Source: Pseudomonadota bacterium
GTDB taxonomy: Bacteria; Pseudomonadota; Alphaproteobacteria; UBA2136; UBA6156
Assembly: GCA_016125035.1 (NCBI GenBank)
Contig: WGMN01000016.1
Location: 1,554-65,553, forward strand
Reading direction: 5' to 3'
Length of the DNA stretch: 64,000 nucleotides
The notes beneath the pieces were generated by a model. It worked only from the letters and a program-made list of their open reading frames with translations, did not search any database and was not told the origin of the DNA. Below are positions 7,571 through 16,722 of the stretch, piece by piece. The position numbers and the translations under genes were made by a program. Numbering within the stretch: the first letter of the stretch is position 1; each line of letters starts with the position of its first letter.

Positions 7571-9748
7571 CTAAACCTTCACAGGCTTCCCGGCCGAGAT
7601 ACTCTCCTCCGCCCACAACACCACACGAGAAGAGTCGCACAGCTCACCAACCCCCGGTATCCCCTGGCTACCTTGCTCCGCGTTCCCCGTTCCTCCCAGG
7701 GCGCAACCTTGCAACCACGCCGCAATGGCGGGCGCATGGCCTTTTTCCTGCCCGCCGAACATGCCTTTTTTGTAAAGGGTGCTCTTGCGGCCACCTTCGC
7801 TCCACACCGTGCTCATGTAGTTGTCCATCACGCCTGTGGCGCCGCCGCCGAACACTTCCACCCGCTCCTTGGCAAAACCGCTGTCCCCCTCGCTGGAATA
7901 AAACACCGTGCCCACGCTGCCGTCGGCAAAACGCAACGTCACCACATAGTCGTCCTGCCCTGCCCCTTGCACCGCATTTACACTCTCCAACCTGGTCCCT
8001 CGCCCCTCGCCCCCAGCCCCTATCAACCACATGCACACATCGGTAAAGTGGCACACCTCGCCCAGCAAACGGCCGCCGCCCTCATTGCTGTGCTGCCAGC
8101 CGCCATCATCCAGCCGCCCGGCATTCACCCGCACCAACACCTGCTTGGGCCCGCTCACCTTGGCCAGCCTGGCCTTTAACGGCAGCAGGGCTGGCGAGAA
8201 CCGCCGGTTAAACCCCACCATCAGCACGCGGCCGCTCTTTTCCGCCGCACTTTGCACCGCATCAATGTCCTTCAAGCTCAGCGCCAGCGGCTTTTCCACC
8301 CACACGTTCTTGTCGGCCTTCAATGCCGCCAACACCTGCGCCGCGTGGGCGTTATGGCGGGTCATCACCATCACACCATGGGTGTTGTCGTCGCTCAGCA
8401 CCTTCTGCATGTCGCTGGCCGCCCACGCCGCGCCGTATTTCTCCGCCACATGGCCGGCGGTCAAACCGCCCTTGCTCACCACGCCGCGCAACACCCAGCC
8501 GCTAATCCCCTGCATCGCGGGCAACACCACACTCCGCGCAAACCCGCCAACCCCCACCATGCTCACGCCCACGCGGCCCCGCATCTTCACCGGCTTGGCC
8601 TGGCTACCTGGTTCCTGGTTCCTGGTTCCCTCTTCCTTATAACCCAGCACCACGCCCAAACACGGCTTTCCGGCGGCGATCAGCTCATAGCCCTTCAAAG
8701 CCTGGTCCAGGCCAAACTCATGCGTGGTCAGCAGGCCAACCTTCAGCTTGCCCACGGCCATCAGCCGCACCACTTCGCCCAGGTTTTCGCGTTCGGTCCA
8801 CGGCACAAACCCCACCGGATAAGCCTCGCCGCGCGCCTCAAACGCCGGGTCGTAACGCCCCGGGCCGTAGCTGCGGCTCACGCGCACGGTCAGCTCTTTT
8901 TTCATGTAACTGGCGTAGGGGAAGCGCGTGCCCACCTTGCCCACCAAGATCACCTTGGCCCTGTCGCGCGCCCACTCGGCGGCCTGCTCGATCGGGCCGT
9001 CGCTGTCGGTGGCGGCACAGATCAATATCGCGTCAAAGCCGCGCCCGTCTGTAAAGGTGCGCCAACCTTCCTCCAGGGCCTTGGGCGATGTCGCCCACGC
9101 CGCTCCGCCCTGCTTGGCCAGCATGCAACGCTCGGTGTTGGGGTCCACCCCGGCCACGCGCGCCCCTGCCGCCGCTGCTAATTGGGCCACCAACTGGCCC
9201 ACCAATCCCAAACCCACCACCAGCACGCGGTCGCCCAGCTGCACACCGGCGTTGCGCACACCATGCAGGGCAATGGCGCCCAGGGTGGCGTAGCAACCTT
9301 CGGCAAAGGGCACCGCATCGGGCAACTTCACCACCAGGTTCTTCGGCACGGCGTTAAATTCCGCATGATTGGCCAACCCTGCCCCGGCCACCGCCACGCG
9401 GTCACCCACCGCAAATTCGCTGGCCAGATCATTGCCCACCTTCACCACCACGCCTGCGGCCGAGTACCCCAGCGGCATCGGCTCTTCTAACCGGCTGAAC
9501 ACGCTTTTTAACGTATCCGCCACCCCGTCCCTGCGCATCTTGGCCACCACCTTGCGCACCAAATCCGGCCGCTCCTTGGCCTTGCCCGCCAAACTCTTGC
9601 CGGCAAAATCCATCATCATCCGCTCGGTACCGGCGCTAATCAAACTGGCCCGCGTCGCCACCAAAACCTCACCCCGCCCGCAGCCCGGCGCGGGCACGTC
9701 GCGCAGCTCCACCTTCCCGCTCTTCAAATTCTGCACCACTTGCCGCAT
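7571..9748 (-). CDS. bi-domain oxidoreductase (zinc-type alcohol dehydrogenase/MDR domain fused to a Gfo/Idh/MocA domain)
   Basis: N-terminal MDR fold (GVDPN Rossmann region). C-terminal GFO_IDH_MocA (VGVGGFARSVVLPA...). Start placed at MRQVVQNLKSGKVEL. The ORF extends to 9811. Confidence 0.85.
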   Translation of the reverse strand: MRQVVQNLKSGKVELRDVPAPGCGRGEVLVATRASLISAGTERMMMDFAGKSLAGKAKERPDLVRKVVAKMRRDGVADTLKSVFSRLEEPMPLGYSAAGVVVKVGNDLASEFAVGDRVAVAGAGLANHAEFNAVPKNLVVKLPDAVPFAEGCYATLGAIALHGVRNAGVQLGDRVLVVGLGLVGQLVAQLAAAAGARVAGVDPNTERCMLAKQGGAAWATSPKALEEGWRTFTDGRGFDAILICAATDSDGPIEQAAEWARDRAKVILVGKVGTRFPYASYMKKELTVRVSRSYGPGRYDPAFEARGEAYPVGFVPWTERENLGEVVRLMAVGKLKVGLLTTHEFGLDQALKGYELIAAGKPCLGVVLGYKEEGTRNQEPGSQAKPVKMRGRVGVSMVGVGGFARSVVLPAMQGISGWVLRGVVSKGGLTAGHVAEKYGAAWAASDMQKVLSDDNTHGVMVMTRHNAHAAQVLAALKADKNVWVEKPLALSLKDIDAVQSAAEKSGRVLMVGFNRRFSPALLPLKARLAKVSGPKQVLVRVNAGRLDDGGWQHSNEGGGRLLGEVCHFTDVCMWLIGAGGEGRGTRLESVNAVQGAGQDDYVVTLRFADGSVGTVFYSSEGDSGFAKERVEVFGGGATGVMDNYMSTVWSEGGRKSTLYKKGMFGGQEKGHAPAIAAWLQGCALGGTGNAEQGSQGIPGVGELCDSSRVVLWAEESISAGKPVKV
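8607..8630. repeat. heptamer tandem repeat CCTGGTT x3 (coding sense GGAACCA), in frame in the oxidoreductase interdomain linker
   Basis: cctggttcctggttcctggttccc encodes EEGTRNQEPGS between the two domains. Confidence 0.9.
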
Positions 9749-9829
9749 GTTCGCGTTCTTTCTATTTTCAATAACCCGCGCACCATACAGCAAAGCCCCC
9801 GGCGGCAGCAACCGCCGGGGGCTTACTCG

Positions 9830-10111
9830 TCAATTTGTTGGCGTTTGGGCAGTTTCTTCCTGCGCCAGCAGCCAGCGCCCGGCCATCTCGTCCACCGCCA
9901 ACATTGCAAGGTTGACGAGGGGAGAACCCGGGGCGGGGTCTCGCCTTATCGCGGTTCCCATGCCAATCTGCACGCAATAGCGTAAAGGTGCGGTGGGATG
10001 CCGTTTGTGATACGCCAAGGTGTGGCGGGTAATTTCTTCGATCATTTCCTCGAGCTGCCTATCCGCGTCCGCTACCGGCGCGGTTGAAACCTGAGTGCGT
10101 TGCTGTAACAC
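9830..10111 (-). CDS. hypothetical protein
   Basis: GTG at 10111 lies 6 nt after an AAGGAG Shine-Dalgarno, giving 93 aa. No family recognised. The ORF track extends to 10171. Confidence 0.4.
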   Translation of the reverse strand: MLQQRTQVSTAPVADADRQLEEMIEEITRHTLAYHKRHPTAPLRYCVQIGMGTAIRRDPAPGSPLVNLAMLAVDEMAGRWLLAQEETAQTPTN

Positions 10112-10174
10112 GAGTGTCTCCTTGAAAATCCGCAGTAAGCGCAATTTACCAGCCACGGCCAGTGTACACAACAG

Positions 10175-10873
10175 CTAAGTTGCCCGCTTCCGCGCCCGCT
10201 TGCGCAAATCATTCGGGCTCAACGCCCAAGGCCGCAGCAAAACGGTCTGGCTTGGCATAATCCACAAATCACGGCGGGTGTTGGCGGTCACACCGCACCT
10301 GTCCAGGCGCAGATGAGACATGCTCTCGCTGTCGGTCAATTTAATGGTGGAAGGCGTCACCCGGTGGATCAACGTGAAGTGGTTGAAGGCCTTCTGAATT
10401 CCTAAAATAGCCACCTGCCCGCCTTCATTCACCTCTTCGCGCAGTTTCTTGATGTAAGTATCCACGCGCCACGCTGGCCCATTGGCCGGTTTCCTGAATT
10501 CCTTGTGGCGCACTTCCAGCCGCAACTTGGCGGGCACGGCGCGGTTGGCCAGGGCAATCAGGTCCAGCAGCTCATGGTAAGTCAGGCCATCAAACACTGC
10601 CAGCGGCGCGGCTTTGGCCATGCGCTTGAACAACCGTGCCGCGCGCTCATGGGTAAAATCATCCCCCCACAGCAGCCGGTAGGCATTGATCACCGCATAT
10701 ATCCCGCAAAGCCCGTCCAACTCACCCTGCGTAAAAGGCTCAATCCCCGGCGCCACCCAGGCCGCGGCCTTACCCTTCTTGCCCCGCCCCAGCTTGCTTC
10801 CCCGCAACCCCGCGACCCCGCGACCCCGCGACCCCTTTTCCCCCTTGTAAGGTATTGCCTTTAGTTTCACCAT
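10175..10873 (-). CDS. hypothetical protein, possibly a papain-like Cys/His peptidase fold
   Basis: Start at MVKLKAIPYKG, 1 nt after the upstream stop. GELDGLCGIYAVINAY (candidate nucleophile Cys) and AFNHFTLIH (candidate His). The family call is weak. Confidence 0.45.
   Translation of the reverse strand: MVKLKAIPYKGEKGSRGRGVAGLRGSKLGRGKKGKAAAWVAPGIEPFTQGELDGLCGIYAVINAYRLLWGDDFTHERAARLFKRMAKAAPLAVFDGLTYHELLDLIALANRAVPAKLRLEVRHKEFRKPANGPAWRVDTYIKKLREEVNEGGQVAILGIQKAFNHFTLIHRVTPSTIKLTDSESMSHLRLDRCGVTANTRRDLWIMPSQTVLLRPWALSPNDLRKRARKRAT
10800..10835. repeat. octamer tandem repeat CCCCGCGA x4.5 (coding sense TCGCGGGG), in frame
   Basis: ccccgcaaccccgcgaccccgcgaccccgcgacccc encodes KGSRGRGVAGLRGSK near the N-terminus of the 10175..10873 protein. 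Confidence 0.9.
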
Positions 10874-10874
10874 T

Positions 10875-12143
10875 TCACGCCTGAACCTCTTGTGAAACAG
10901 TGGAACTAACATCCCCGCGCCTGCGGAAAACCCCACAGCTGTCCACCACCGCCTTGCCCGCAAGCGCCCCCTCCGGCAGCTCCTTAAACACCTTGTGCCC
11001 GGTCAGCGCCACCACCACATCAGCTTCCTTAATCGCTTTATCAAGCTTGGTTAAAGGTTTGTCCCAGCTCTCAATATGCGGCTCAACGATCATCAGCTCC
11101 AAGCCCTCATCACCGGCCAATTCTTCCACCACCGCAATGCTCGGAGACTCCCGCAAATAATCGACATCAGGCTTATAAGCCAACCCCAAACACGCCACCT
11201 TCACCCGAGACCCTGAGACCCTGAGACCCTGAGACCCTCTTACCCGTTTCACGCTTTCACGCACCTTCCCCGCCACAAACGCCGGTTTGCTGTCATTCAC
11301 CTCGCGCGCAGCCTTCATAAAAGGCGTCACCTTCGGCGCGGCGTGGATGATAAACCACGGGTCCACCGCAATGCAGTGCCCGCCCACCCCCGGCCCGGGG
11401 TTGAAGATGTTCACCCGCGGGTGGCGGTTGGCCAGCGCAATCACGTCCCAGGCATCCATGCCCAGCTGGTCGCACACCAGGCTCAGCTCGTTGGCAAAGG
11501 CGATCTGCGCGTCGCGGCTGGCATTTTCCACCAGCTTCACCAGCTCGGCCACACGGGCCTGGGTGGGTATCACCGCGCCTTTGCAGAAGGTCTTGTAAAG
11601 CTCCACCCCACGGGCGGTGGCGGCCTCGGTCAGCCCCCCCACCAGGCGGTCGTTGTGCACCATCTCGTGCAGCGTGTTGCCGGGTATCGCCCGCTCGGGG
11701 CAGAAAACATACGCCACCATGCCCACCAAGTCCGGGCGCAGCTTCTCAATAACATCCCGCACATTGGCCTCTGTGGCCCCCACCGGGCTGGTGCTTTCCA
11801 TGATCACCAACTCGCCGCCCTTCAGCACCGGGGCAATGGCTTTGGCCCCCGCTTCCACAAAGCTCATGTCGGCCTTGTGGGTGGTGTGGTCAACGGGCGT
11901 GGGCAGGCTCAAAATAAAGGCCTCGGCGGCCTCGGGCTTAGCCACCGCGCGCAAACGCCCGCTCTTGTGGGCTTCGGCCACAATTTCCGGCACACCGGGC
12001 TCGGCAAAGTGGCATTTTCCGGCGTTTACGGCGTCCACCGCCTTGGGGTTGATATCCACCCCCACCACCTCATGCCCGGCACGCGCCAACACGGCCGCCA
12101 TCGGCAGCCCCATATAACCCAGCCCGATCACGGAAATCCGCAT
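10875..12143 (-). CDS. nucleotide-sugar dehydrogenase (UDP-N-acetyl-D-mannosamine dehydrogenase WecC/Cap5O-like)
   Basis: Start at MRISVIGLGYMGLPMA with a GGAGGAGG Shine-Dalgarno. Contains CPERAIPG and GPGVGGHCIAVDPWF motifs. The ORF extends to 12521, but the upstream part is not protein-like. Confidence 0.85.
   Translation of the reverse strand: MRISVIGLGYMGLPMAAVLARAGHEVVGVDINPKAVDAVNAGKCHFAEPGVPEIVAEAHKSGRLRAVAKPEAAEAFILSLPTPVDHTTHKADMSFVEAGAKAIAPVLKGGELVIMESTSPVGATEANVRDVIEKLRPDLVGMVAYVFCPERAIPGNTLHEMVHNDRLVGGLTEAATARGVELYKTFCKGAVIPTQARVAELVKLVENASRDAQIAFANELSLVCDQLGMDAWDVIALANRHPRVNIFNPGPGVGGHCIAVDPWFIIHAAPKVTPFMKAAREVNDSKPAFVAGKVRESVKRVRGSQGLRVSGSRVKVACLGLAYKPDVDYLRESPSIAVVEELAGDEGLELMIVEPHIESWDKPLTKLDKAIKEADVVVALTGHKVFKELPEGALAGKAVVDSCGVFRRRGDVSSTVSQEVQA
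11204..11238. repeat. octamer tandem repeat CCTGAGAC x4 (coding sense GTCTCAGG), in frame
   Basis: cccgagaccctgagaccctgagaccctgagaccct encodes VRGSQGLRVSGSRV just before the C-terminal-domain strand KVACLGLAYK. Confidence 0.9.
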
Positions 12144-12345
12144 GAACCTATGCCTCCTCCCCTTTGAGAATGCCCCAGACCCTAACGTCCCCCACCCCCT
12201 ATGGCAAGCCGCAAAATCAACATTTTTTCCACCCCAAAAACGCCATTTCAATAACTTAAGCCTGTGCCACCCCCCTTCACGGCTTGCCCCTCCCCCTTCA
12301 TCGTTGTATGCAAAGTGCAGAGATACCTCACACCGGAGCACGCCC

Positions 12346-12750
12346 ATGCCCAGCAAAAAGCCCGTTTCCAATACGTTCTCTGTCCGCGGCAGCAGTATCA
12401 ACCCTCTCCACGTCCTGGAAATCACCGGGGTGGAAGCCAACGGGGTCCCCTTGGTGACCTTTTCCTGGAAGATCGTCTTCCTCGGCGGCACCACCAAAGT
12501 GGTGGAGAGCACGCTAAACATCCCGGATAACGTCTATAAGAAGATGGATCTCCAAAGCTACGAGGGGCTCAAAAAGAAGGATACTTTTCTCGGCAGCCCC
12601 AAGGCAACGGCCAAGCTTGTTAAAGCCGCCAAACGGTGGGTCGATGACCACCCAGCGGCGCAAAAAGCCCTGGCCGAGCGCGAGAAAGCCGTCGAGGCCT
12701 GGCAAAAGGCCCTCGCCGCGGCCATCACGCTGCAAATCGCCGCGGCATGA
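12346..12750 (+). CDS. hypothetical protein
   Basis: ATG at 12346 with GGAG upstream, 134 aa, with a helical Ala/Lys-rich C-terminus. Followed by a terminator. Confidence 0.5.
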   Translation: MPSKKPVSNTFSVRGSSINPLHVLEITGVEANGVPLVTFSWKIVFLGGTTKVVESTLNIPDNVYKKMDLQSYEGLKKKDTFLGSPKATAKLVKAAKRWVDDHPAAQKALAEREKAVEAWQKALAAAITLQIAAA

Positions 12751-12810
12751 CGGAAGGTCATCAACAAGGCCAAGCCCGCCAACACCTAAGTGCCAGGCGC
12801 GACAAAACGA

Positions 12811-12839
12811 GGAAAACCCGGCCATTAGCCGGGTTTTCC
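12811..12839. terminator. bidirectional intrinsic terminator
   Basis: ggaaaacccggc-catta-gccgggttttcc between convergent genes. Confidence 0.7.
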
Positions 12840-12890
12840 GTTCTTCTCGCTCTAGGGAAAGGGCCACCCACCGGTGTCCCTTTCTCCACC

Positions 12891-13427
12891 TTATCTGGCC
12901 GTCGCCGGGAAGAGGCACAACCGTATGCCTTCATCTGCGCGGGGGACCATCTGCTCTTTCCAACGGGCGATCATTTTCTTCCGCTGGCGCTCACCCCAGA
13001 CTTCGAAGTCCGTTTTTTCAGACTCCATCAAGGGGTAGTATGCCTCCATCAACTGGTGGGTGCGGTCCCTCCACGCCTGCCAACTGGGTTTGTTCCTCCA
13101 CGCCGCCCACAACCCCGGATACTTGTTCGCCCCCTGGCTGAAGGAATGGTCGAGATACGCCTGATAGGCGTCACTCAACGTCGGCGACAGAGGGCAGGTG
13201 AGTTCAACCTCGCACCGAGCCTCGCGGATGAAGGGACGCAAACGCCTCCATTTCAGCAATGGCTTTTGGCCAACCTGGAAGGCGGCAGAAAAATGCCAGC
13301 TCCCGTCTTTTTGCAGCGTTTTTGTTATCCCTAGGGGATAAATCGCCACGATAGCTTGGATATCGATCTTGCCCTTCTCTAAAGTCAGCCCTTCGGCATC
13401 CGTAAAGGTGGGGGTCTGTTCAGTCAT
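12891..13427 (-). CDS. hypothetical protein
   Basis: 178-aa ORF with Shine-Dalgarno GGGAGGG. Upstream promoter-like TTTACA-18-TATACA at about 13470-13500. Confidence 0.5.
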   Translation of the reverse strand: MTEQTPTFTDAEGLTLEKGKIDIQAIVAIYPLGITKTLQKDGSWHFSAAFQVGQKPLLKWRRLRPFIREARCEVELTCPLSPTLSDAYQAYLDHSFSQGANKYPGLWAAWRNKPSWQAWRDRTHQLMEAYYPLMESEKTDFEVWGERQRKKMIARWKEQMVPRADEGIRLCLFPATAR

Positions 13428-13516
13428 AGGGCCCTCCCAGGTCTAAAATCAGCCCTTACGGGCCAGGTGTCGCATTTCGTAATCTGTATACACCGAAACC
13501 TCCCAACCTGTAAACC

Positions 13517-14185
13517 CTACTCCCCCCGCAAAGCCTTAATCCGCGCCCCCATCTCCCCATAATCGCCCTTAAAAAGCGCCGTCCCCGCCACCAGCACATT
13601 GGCCCCGGCGGCCACTGCCCCCGCTGCGGTTTCGGCATTCACCCCACCATCTGCCACCAGCGGCAAGTCCGGCCCCACCATGGCACGCACCCCCTTCACC
13701 TTCTCCAGCATGCTGGGCAAAAACGCCTGCCCGCCGCGCCCTGCCTCCACGGTCATCACCAGCACCTGGTCCACCAGGCCTTTAAAGGGCTCAAAACGGC
13801 CCAGGGTTTCGCCCACGTTCAGCGCCAAACCGGCCACCACGCCGGCCTCACGCAGCAGCTCCAGCCGCCCCTTGGGGTTGCGGCTGGCACTGGGGTGGAA
13901 GGTAATGCGGTCCGAGCCCGCGCGGATGTACTCCTCCATCTGCACCCCCGGCTCCTCCACCATCAGATGCACATCCAGCGGTATTTTTACGCGCTTTTTC
14001 AAGGCTTTCACCATCTCGCTGCCAAAAGTTATCTTCGGCACAAAACGCCCATCCATAATATCAACGTGGATCCAGTCCGCCCCGCTGGCCTCCGCCGCCA
14101 CGGCCGCCGCCACGCAGGCTTCAATATCCCCCGCGCTGGCATCCCACACCGCCAGAATACTCGCCGCCACCAAAGGTCTACCCAT
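13517..14185 (-). CDS. rpe: ribulose-phosphate 3-epimerase
   Basis: 222 aa. Motifs HVDIMDGRFVPKITFG, DVHLMV and VMTVEAGRGGQ. Confidence 0.9.
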   Translation of the reverse strand: MGRPLVAASILAVWDASAGDIEACVAAAVAAEASGADWIHVDIMDGRFVPKITFGSEMVKALKKRVKIPLDVHLMVEEPGVQMEEYIRAGSDRITFHPSASRNPKGRLELLREAGVVAGLALNVGETLGRFEPFKGLVDQVLVMTVEAGRGGQAFLPSMLEKVKGVRAMVGPDLPLVADGGVNAETAAGAVAAGANVLVAGTALFKGDYGEMGARIKALRGE

Positions 14186-14338
14186 CGCAAAAATCCTTCA
14201 TTCCGGCCACTTTACCCAGCAAAAGCCCCCCCGTCACCTTCAAATTTCTCATTCTCCGCCCCCAACCTTAATGACCCCCTTGCCAAAACGCCGGGTCACC
14301 CCATATTTCCTCCAACCCAACTCCCACGGAGACATCGC

Positions 14339-14713
14339 ATGACCAACCTTCCCGAAATCCCGGAACGCGCACTCGTCCGTTCGCCTGAAGGGGAACCTTA
14401 CCTCGACCACCTTACCCTCACGGGCTGTGGCCCGGCCCAATATCTGGCGCGCCTCCTGCATTATGGAGGCGACTCATGGCGCAACCAGGGTTATCCGAAT
14501 TTGGCTTTTGATGCCGAATTTGGTCCCCCCTTGCGTGTAGCGATTCTCCAGTACAAAGGTGAGAAGCGTTTTGCCCAGCCCATCAACGGCGCTGATGATC
14601 CGGCACTCCTCAACCTGCACGATTACCACCCGGTCACTATTCACCGGGATGATCGCGAGGAGTTCCGTAAACGCTATCAAGCCTTCGTTATGAAGCGTCG
14701 GCGCGGCAGTTAG
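14339..14713 (+). CDS. hypothetical protein
   Basis: ATG at 14339 with GGAG upstream, 124 aa. Followed by a terminator. Confidence 0.5.
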   Translation: MTNLPEIPERALVRSPEGEPYLDHLTLTGCGPAQYLARLLHYGGDSWRNQGYPNLAFDAEFGPPLRVAILQYKGEKRFAQPINGADDPALLNLHDYHPVTIHRDDREEFRKRYQAFVMKRRRGS

Positions 14714-14736
14714 CTGAACGACGGTAAAAGCAAGAG

Positions 14737-14765
14737 AAACGGCGGGCCTCCAAGCCCGCCGTTTT
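14737..14765. terminator. bidirectional intrinsic terminator
   Basis: aaacggcgggc-ctccaa-gcccgccgtttt between convergent genes. Confidence 0.7.
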
Positions 14766-14778
14766 CGTGTTCTACCCC

Positions 14779-16722
14779 CTACTCCCAACATAACTCATCC
14801 ACCCGCTGCCACACCCGCCCGCACGCCACTCCGTGCACCTGCCACCGGCCACCCACCTTCACCGCCCAGGCAAACCTCCTGCCCTTCAACTCCTCCGGCA
14901 AACGCTCCTGCCAGTCACCCCCCTTCTCGGCCCCCTCCCCCACCACGCGCCACCCTGTCCCCCGCAACAAAAACCGCGCATTTCCGGCATTTTGCGCCCA
15001 TACCACACGGTAGAAGTCTCCCCCCTTCCCTGGCCCCTGTTCCCTCTCCACCCCCACCTTCCCCCCATCCAGCAAAGCCATCTCCACTTCCGGCTGCATC
15101 CGCCCCGCGCCCCACGCCAGCGCCGCCGTGGCCGCCACTCCCACGCCCACCAGCGCCCACCTGCGCAGCAACACCGCCGCCAACACCCCCAAGCTCAACA
15201 CCAGCACCACCGGCCACCAGCGTGCGTCCACCGCAAAACCGCCCTGCCACCCGGCCAGCAGCAGCGCCCAGGCGTTCACCAGCCCCACCACCTGGCCCAT
15301 GGCCCACAGCGCCGGGCCCTGCCAGCCCAGTGGCCACAACGCCAGGGCAGCCATGCCTATATAGGTGGCCAGCGCGGTCAACGGCACCGCGGGCAGGTTG
15401 GCCAGCACCCCCACCGCGCTCAACTGGCCAAAGGTCACCAGCACCAGCGGCGCGGTGGCCGCCCCGGCCACCACACTGCTTAGCAGCAGCCCGCGCAACC
15501 AGCCCCAAAAGCCCTCGGGCCTGCTCTCGGTTATCCCCCAGCCGATCAACGCCAGCACCGCCACCACACTCAGCTGAAAGCCCGCACTGGTCACCAGCGC
15601 CGGGCTGGCCAGCACAATCACCATCACCGCCAACCCCCAGGCGCGCAATCCATGCCGTATGCGGCCGCCAATTGCCGCCAGCAGCAGCAATCCCAGCATC
15701 AAAAAGGCGCGCACAACGCCCACCGTCGCACCGCTCAGCAGCGTATAGCCGCCGGCGGCAAGCAATCCCGCCAAGGCCGCCCAGGCCTTGATGTTCCACC
15801 GCAGCGCCGCCCCCGGCACCCAGGCCAACAGCAATCTTATCAACAGGTAAACCCCACCCCCCACCACACTCAGGTGCATGCCGCTAATCGCCAGCAAGTG
15901 GCTCAACCCCGCCGCCCGGTAAGCAGTTGTAATTTCATCAGGAATTGCCCGTTTATCGCCCACCAGCAACGCCGCCGGCACCCCCTGCCCGTAGCCCTCC
16001 GCCCCCGCCGCCACCTTGGCCCTAACCCCTTCAACCCACAGCCAAAATTGCCCCACCCCCTGGGTTTTCTCCAGCCCCGGCGGCGGGGCGGTCTTCTCCA
16101 CCTTGCCCCGCGCGTAGCCGTAAACCACTTTGTTATTCAGGTACTTCCACAACCTGTAATCGCGCATCCCCGGCGCCCGCGGCCCTTCCGGCCGCATCAG
16201 CAACACTGGCGCCGCCACCGCCTCCCCCACCTCTAAGTCCTTCACCTGGCTGGAATAAACCCCGATCCGCGCCTCGCCGATCCCCCCACTCCCCGGCAGC
16301 TGATAAAACCGCACCGGCGCCAAAACCAGCATACTCCGCAAGGGGTTATCTGCTTTCTGTTGCACCTCCACCACGTTTCCCGCCACCCAGTGGGCCTTCC
16401 AGCTGGCGGCCTCCCAGCTAAAGGTGGTTTGTGCCCGCTCCACCTGCATTCCGGCCAGTGCAAAGGCCAGCCCAAAAGCCACCACAAAACCACCAAAAAT
16501 GCGCAACCAAGCAGCAACCAGCAGCCCTACCCCCACCCCTATGATGCCAAATTGCCACAAAACCTCATTTGGCCAGCTGAAATAGAGTATACTTCCCGCC
16601 GCGCAACCCAAGGCCACGGCCAAAATCCGCCGGTCCCGCCACAGCGCTTGATAAAGCAGGTCCAAGTGGTTAGGTTGCACGCCTTGAAGATAACAGGACC
16701 CAACGCCTAATGTCAGCCACAA
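14779..16722 (-). CDS. comEC: ComEC/Rec2 family competence membrane protein (no C-terminal metallo-beta-lactamase domain)
   Basis: Polytopic membrane protein with the LLAISGMHLSVVGG motif. The annotated start overlaps the divergent gltX start, so the true start is probably internal (for example GTG at 16680). Confidence 0.8.
   Translation of the reverse strand: MWLTLGVGSCYLQGVQPNHLDLLYQALWRDRRILAVALGCAAGSILYFSWPNEVLWQFGIIGVGVGLLVAAWLRIFGGFVVAFGLAFALAGMQVERAQTTFSWEAASWKAHWVAGNVVEVQQKADNPLRSMLVLAPVRFYQLPGSGGIGEARIGVYSSQVKDLEVGEAVAAPVLLMRPEGPRAPGMRDYRLWKYLNNKVVYGYARGKVEKTAPPPGLEKTQGVGQFWLWVEGVRAKVAAGAEGYGQGVPAALLVGDKRAIPDEITTAYRAAGLSHLLAISGMHLSVVGGGVYLLIRLLLAWVPGAALRWNIKAWAALAGLLAAGGYTLLSGATVGVVRAFLMLGLLLLAAIGGRIRHGLRAWGLAVMVIVLASPALVTSAGFQLSVVAVLALIGWGITESRPEGFWGWLRGLLLSSVVAGAATAPLVLVTFGQLSAVGVLANLPAVPLTALATYIGMAALALWPLGWQGPALWAMGQVVGLVNAWALLLAGWQGGFAVDARWWPVVLVLSLGVLAAVLLRRWALVGVGVAATAALAWGAGRMQPEVEMALLDGGKVGVEREQGPGKGGDFYRVVWAQNAGNARFLLRGTGWRVVGEGAEKGGDWQERLPEELKGRRFAWAVKVGGRWQVHGVACGRVWQRVDELCWE

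Noticed and set aside
10875-12521. Full 548-aa version of the sugar dehydrogenase ORF.
   Set aside because: The first 126 codons are not protein-like. The Rossmann motif MRISVIGLGYMG follows a strong GGAGGAGG Shine-Dalgarno at the internal ATG (12143).
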